This document shows positions 59,798 to 64,000 of a stretch of 64,000 bases of DNA, in pieces. The stretch covers positions 28,302 to 92,301 of the forward strand of contig JBBRSB010000017.1 of assembly GCA_038245785.1 (NCBI GenBank), written 5' to 3'. Source of the DNA: Gloeobacterales cyanobacterium. GTDB lineage: Bacteria > Cyanobacteriota > Cyanobacteriia > Gloeobacterales > PMM-0068. Position 1 is the stretch's first letter. The number at the start of each line of letters is the position of its first letter. The notes under the pieces were generated by a model. That model worked only from the letters and a program-made list of their open reading frames with translations, ran no database searches and was not told the DNA's origin. The position numbers and the translations under genes are program-made.

Positions 59798-62323
59798 ATG
59801 GTCAGCATCGTTCCCAACAATATTCAAATTGAAGACGACCGCACGGGCATTAATGTCGAAACCCTGAAGCGGGCATTTCTGGATAACCTGTTCTATATCC
59901 AGGCAAAGTTTCCCAAGATTGCTACCAAAAATGACTATTACATGGCGTTGGCTTACACGGTGCGCGATCGTCTGCTCAATCGCTGGCTGAATACTACGCA
60001 GACCTATCTAGAAAAAGCACCCCGTACGGTGGCGTATCTGTCAGCCGAGTTTTTGGTCGGTCCTCACCTGGGGAATAACCTGATGAACCTTGGGCTTTAC
60101 AACGTGGTGAAGCAGGCGATGGAGGAATTGGGACTCAACCTGACCGATTTGCTGGAACAAGAAGAAGAACCCGGATTGGGCAATGGTGGTCTGGGCCGCC
60201 TAGCTGCCTGCTACATCGACTCTTTGGCGACGCTGGAAATCCCGGCGATCGGTTACGGTATCCGCTATGAATACGGTATTTTTGACCAGGATATCAAAGA
60301 TGGCTGGCAGGTCGAAATCACGGACAAGTGGTTGCTCTATGGCAATCCCTGGGAAGTGGCCCGTCCAGAGGCAGCGCTAGAAGTTAAGCTTGGCGGACAT
60401 ACCGAAGCGTACACAGACGTGGATAACTGCTATCGTGTCCGGTGGGCTCCCTATAAGGTGGTAAAAGGGGTTCCCTACGATACCCCCATCCTCGGTTTCC
60501 AGACGAATACCGCCAATACCCTGCGGCTTTGGAAGTCAGAGGCACCAGAGTCCTTCAATTTTGAAGCATCGAATCAAGGTGATTACTTCGGGGCTGTGCA
60601 CGAGAAGAGCGAGTGCGAAAATATCACGAAAGTCCTCTATCCCAACGATACGTCTTATCAGGGGAAGCAGCTGAGACTAGAGCAGCAGTACTTTTTCGTC
60701 TCCTGTTCTCTGCAGGACATGATTCGCATAATGAAGAGGCAAAATCTTACGCTGGAGCGGTTCCACGAACAGTATGCAATTCAGTTGAATGATACCCATC
60801 CAACCATTGCCGTGGCTGAATTGATGCGGCTCTTACTGGACGAGTATAGATTTGATTGGGATAAAGCCTGGGAGACTACCAGCAAAACCTTTGCCTACAC
60901 CAACCATACGTTGCTGCCAGAAGCTCTAGAACGCTGGCCCCTAGATATGTTTAGAAGCTTGTTGCCCCGTCATTTGGAGATCATCTACGAAATCAATCAC
61001 CGTTTCTTGGATGAAGTGCGCATTAAGTTCCCAGACGATCTCGATCGCATCCGTCGCATATCCATCATTGACGAGAGTGGTGAGCAGTATGTTCGCATGG
61101 CGCATCTAGCCAGTGTCGGAAGTTATGCCATCAACGGCGTAGCCAAACTGCACAGTGAACTGCTCAAACAAACGACGCTGCACGATTTCTATGAAATGTA
61201 TCCAGAAAAGTTTACCAACATCACCAATGGAGTTACCCCTCGTCGGTTCATGGTTCTAAGCAATCCCCGACTGGCAAACCTGATCACGAACAAAATTGGG
61301 GATGGCTGGATCAAAAACCTGGACGAACTGCGGCAACTGGAGCGATTTGCAGATGATGCAGGGTTCCGCCACGAGTTTCGAGAGGTGAAGCAGGCAGTGA
61401 AACACGACCTGGTAGATTATATTCGGGCACAGTCTGGCATTGAAGTTGACCCCAATTCCCTGTTTGACATTCAGGTGAAACGTATTCATGAATATAAACG
61501 GCAACATCTGAATGCCCTCTACATCATTGCGCTCTATAACCGGATCAAGGAAAATCCTGGACTGGATGTTACCCTGCGCACTTTCCTGTTTGGCGGAAAA
61601 GCGGCTCCCGGTTACTACATGGCCAAGCTGATTATTAAACTGATCCATTCGATCGCCGAGGTCGTGAACAATGACCCAGATGTAGGCAATCGTCTCAAAA
61701 TCGTGTTTTTGAAGGATTACAACGTTAAGTTTGCCCAGCGCGTTTATCCTGCGGCTGATCTGTCCGAGCAAATTTCCACCGCTGGCAAGGAAGCTTCTGG
61801 TACAGGAAACATGAAGTTCTCGATGAACGGTGCGCTTACTATTGGCACCCTTGATGGGGCTAACATCGAAATCCGAGAGGCTGTTGGCGCAGATAACTTC
61901 TTCCTGTTTGGGTTGACCTCTGAAGAAGTTCTTGCCAGGAAAGCAGCTGGATACAATCCCTGGGATTTCTACAACAGCAATCCAGAACTGAAACGGGTCA
62001 TTGATCGCATCTCCTCAGGCTTCTTCTCTCACGGCGATCCAAATTTATTTAAGCCTTTGCTCGATGCTTTGCTGTATCGCGACGATTATATGCTCCTGGC
62101 AGACTTTCAATCCTATGATGAATGCCAGGAGCGGGTAAGTCAGGTATACCGCGACCAGGATCACTGGACGCGGATGTCGATCTTGAATGTCGCGCGGATA
62201 GGCAAATTCTCTAGCGACCGCTCCATTCGGGATTATCTCCAGAACATCTGGAAAACACCTGCTGTAAAAGTGGAGGTGCCGGAATACAGCCAATCAACCA
62301 GCGATTTGAAACTAACGTTTTAG
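59798..62323 (+). CDS. glgP: Glycogen/starch phosphorylase
   Basis: GLGNGGLGRLAAC, QLNDTHP, KRIHEYKRQ, EASGTGNMK. Confidence 0.97.
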   Translation: MVSIVPNNIQIEDDRTGINVETLKRAFLDNLFYIQAKFPKIATKNDYYMALAYTVRDRLLNRWLNTTQTYLEKAPRTVAYLSAEFLVGPHLGNNLMNLGLYNVVKQAMEELGLNLTDLLEQEEEPGLGNGGLGRLAACYIDSLATLEIPAIGYGIRYEYGIFDQDIKDGWQVEITDKWLLYGNPWEVARPEAALEVKLGGHTEAYTDVDNCYRVRWAPYKVVKGVPYDTPILGFQTNTANTLRLWKSEAPESFNFEASNQGDYFGAVHEKSECENITKVLYPNDTSYQGKQLRLEQQYFFVSCSLQDMIRIMKRQNLTLERFHEQYAIQLNDTHPTIAVAELMRLLLDEYRFDWDKAWETTSKTFAYTNHTLLPEALERWPLDMFRSLLPRHLEIIYEINHRFLDEVRIKFPDDLDRIRRISIIDESGEQYVRMAHLASVGSYAINGVAKLHSELLKQTTLHDFYEMYPEKFTNITNGVTPRRFMVLSNPRLANLITNKIGDGWIKNLDELRQLERFADDAGFRHEFREVKQAVKHDLVDYIRAQSGIEVDPNSLFDIQVKRIHEYKRQHLNALYIIALYNRIKENPGLDVTLRTFLFGGKAAPGYYMAKLIIKLIHSIAEVVNNDPDVGNRLKIVFLKDYNVKFAQRVYPAADLSEQISTAGKEASGTGNMKFSMNGALTIGTLDGANIEIREAVGADNFFLFGLTSEEVLARKAAGYNPWDFYNSNPELKRVIDRISSGFFSHGDPNLFKPLLDALLYRDDYMLLADFQSYDECQERVSQVYRDQDHWTRMSILNVARIGKFSSDRSIRDYLQNIWKTPAVKVEVPEYSQSTSDLKLTF

Positions 62324-62366
62324 CGATAGGAGCAGGAACCATGACCTTCAAAACTGGCATTATGTA

Positions 62367-62450
62367 GAAGTTGAGCTAGGAACAGGAATTCCAATTGTTT
62401 ATGACATTGATTCTAAGGGTCAGGTGATGGATAAGATTATTTTGAATTGA
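62367..62450 (+). pseudogene. C-terminal remnant resembling 2,3-BPG-dependent phosphoglycerate mutase
   Basis: Manual translation EVELGTGIPIVYDIDSKGQVMDKIILN*. Confidence 0.5.
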
Positions 62451-62509
62451 AATGACTAAAGGATGCAAACGAGTACCCAAACTAATCTTTCAAGAAGGTT
62501 TTATAAGCT

Positions 62510-63862
62510 ATGGTGACGCCCATTGAGGAGTTTTCCCCCAGAAGATTGTCCGATGCCAACCTGCGTCCCAGAGGTCGGGTCTTTCCCAGTCCTGTAAATT
62601 GGCGTGACCAGATTTTGTATCAGCTTCTTCCTGATCGCTTTAGCGATGGTCGGGAGGCGCAACGCCCCATGTTCGATCTCAATAATCCCGAACAGTTCAA
62701 AACGAGGCACAAAGCATCTTGGATGGCAGCAGGCAAAAAATTCAATGGTGGAACGCTAAAGGGTATTGAAAGCAAACTAGACTATTTGCAGAATCTAGGG
62801 GTCACAACCATTTGGGTTAATCCACCCTGGAAGCAGCGCATTGATCTGCAGACCTATCACGGATACGGTATCCAGAATTTTCTAGACATTGACCCACGCT
62901 TTGGCACCCGCCAAGATTTACGGGATCTAGTGGATTCCGCTCACGATCGCGGCCTGCACGTAATTCTGGACGCCATTTACAATCACAGCGGCAGCAACTG
63001 GTATTACCGGGATGAGACAGATGGTAGCCCCAAGGAAAAAATGCCCTACCGCTTCTCACCACCCTACCCGATTCATGGCTGGCGTTCCGCCCAGGGAAAC
63101 AGTATCCCAGTACCTATTTCAATCGATGATGGCGTTTTTCCAGAAGAATTCCAGAATCTGGACTGGTACAATCGTGCCGGAATGATTAACCACTGGGAAA
63201 CATCGGGATGGGAAGACCCGATGAACCCGTTTGTTGAGTTCCGACGGGGTGACTTTTTTGATCTGCGAGACTTTGACCTGGAACGGGAGAAAGTGATTGC
63301 GGCTCTGGCAATGGTCTATCAGTATTGGATCGCTTTAAGCGACTGTGATGGATTTCGGATCGATGCGGTCAAGCACGTTTCTCCCCTGGCCTCGCGTAAG
63401 TTCTGTGATGCAATTCACGGCTATGCTCAGTCGATTGGCAAAGACAACTTCCTCTTAGTTGGTGAATTGACCGATGACAATATGGTCCATGGCTATGTAG
63501 ATATCTTTGGGCGTAACCTGGATGCGCTACTGGATATTGTGGTTGCGCCCAATCGTCTGTCTGCTGTTGTCAAAGGGTTGACATCTCCCAATGATTTCTT
63601 TTGCCTGTATGACGACAAAACCTTAGCTGGAAGTCAGCGGCAGTTGGGTATTTACCATGTGGCGGTATTGGATGACCACGATATGGCATCCCGTCCGCGC
63701 AAGGAACGATTTGCCGCGCACAGTGACCAAAGCCCCCATCGTTACGAACAGGTGGCTCATGCAGTGGGCTTGATGTTGACGATGCCGGGAATTCCTTCAA
63801 TCTACTACGGCACGGAACAGGCGTTTGATGGTTCCCAGGACAACCACGACTATGGCATCTAA
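62510..63862 (+). pseudogene. GH13 alpha-amylase-family glycoside hydrolase, truncated by IS insertion
   Basis: YQLLPDRF, YHGY, DAIYNH, DGFRIDAVKH, GE, LDDHD, YYGTEQ; stop coincides with the IS end. Confidence 0.8.
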
Positions 63863-64000
63863 TATCGAATCCGGTTGATTGCCCATAGTTAGCTCGCTAC
63901 TAATGGCCACCAGTGGTAGCACGTTAATCCTCGAATCAACGCTCGTTGCTTGAGCAACCCCTGACAGCGGTGCACGGCCACTTCCTCTAATTCATCCAGA
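63860..64000 (-). mobile_element. IS630-family element end (transposase C-terminus 63889-64000 plus terminal IR)
   Basis: Manual translation LDELEEVAVHRCQGLLKQRALIRGLTCYHWWPLVAS*; ATATCGAATCCGGTTGATT next to TA. Confidence 0.8.

Overview
Bacterial, most likely cyanobacterial chromosomal DNA (cyanobacterial-type rlmN, pgk, ccdA, DUF751, ktrAB, REP/SDR repeats). I saw the HIP1 octamer only three times, which is compatible with an early-branching, Gloeobacterales-like lineage (inference). Housekeeping genes (topA, rlmN, ktrAB, PGM/PMM, ygfZ, ccdA, pgk, glgP) alternate with accessory blocks. These are: two RND efflux operons and an OmpR-type two-component system, with a candidate shared TTYAC-N6-TTYAC promoter box; a decayed integron (intI stub, attI/attC-like cores, SDR, hypothetical and hicAB cassettes) next to a frameshifted dinB; a persulfide-detox operon; an AT-rich three-gene glycosylation island; a secreted methionine-rich protein pair with a Tat thioredoxin and CcdA behind a SigK-like ECF promoter; and a Tat copper nitrite reductase next to a fungal-type vanadium chloroperoxidase-like gene. 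There are many pseudogene scars, and an IS630 end truncates the last gene. I recognised no rRNA, tRNA or CRISPR array. All calls come from motif reading by eye; no database searches were run.
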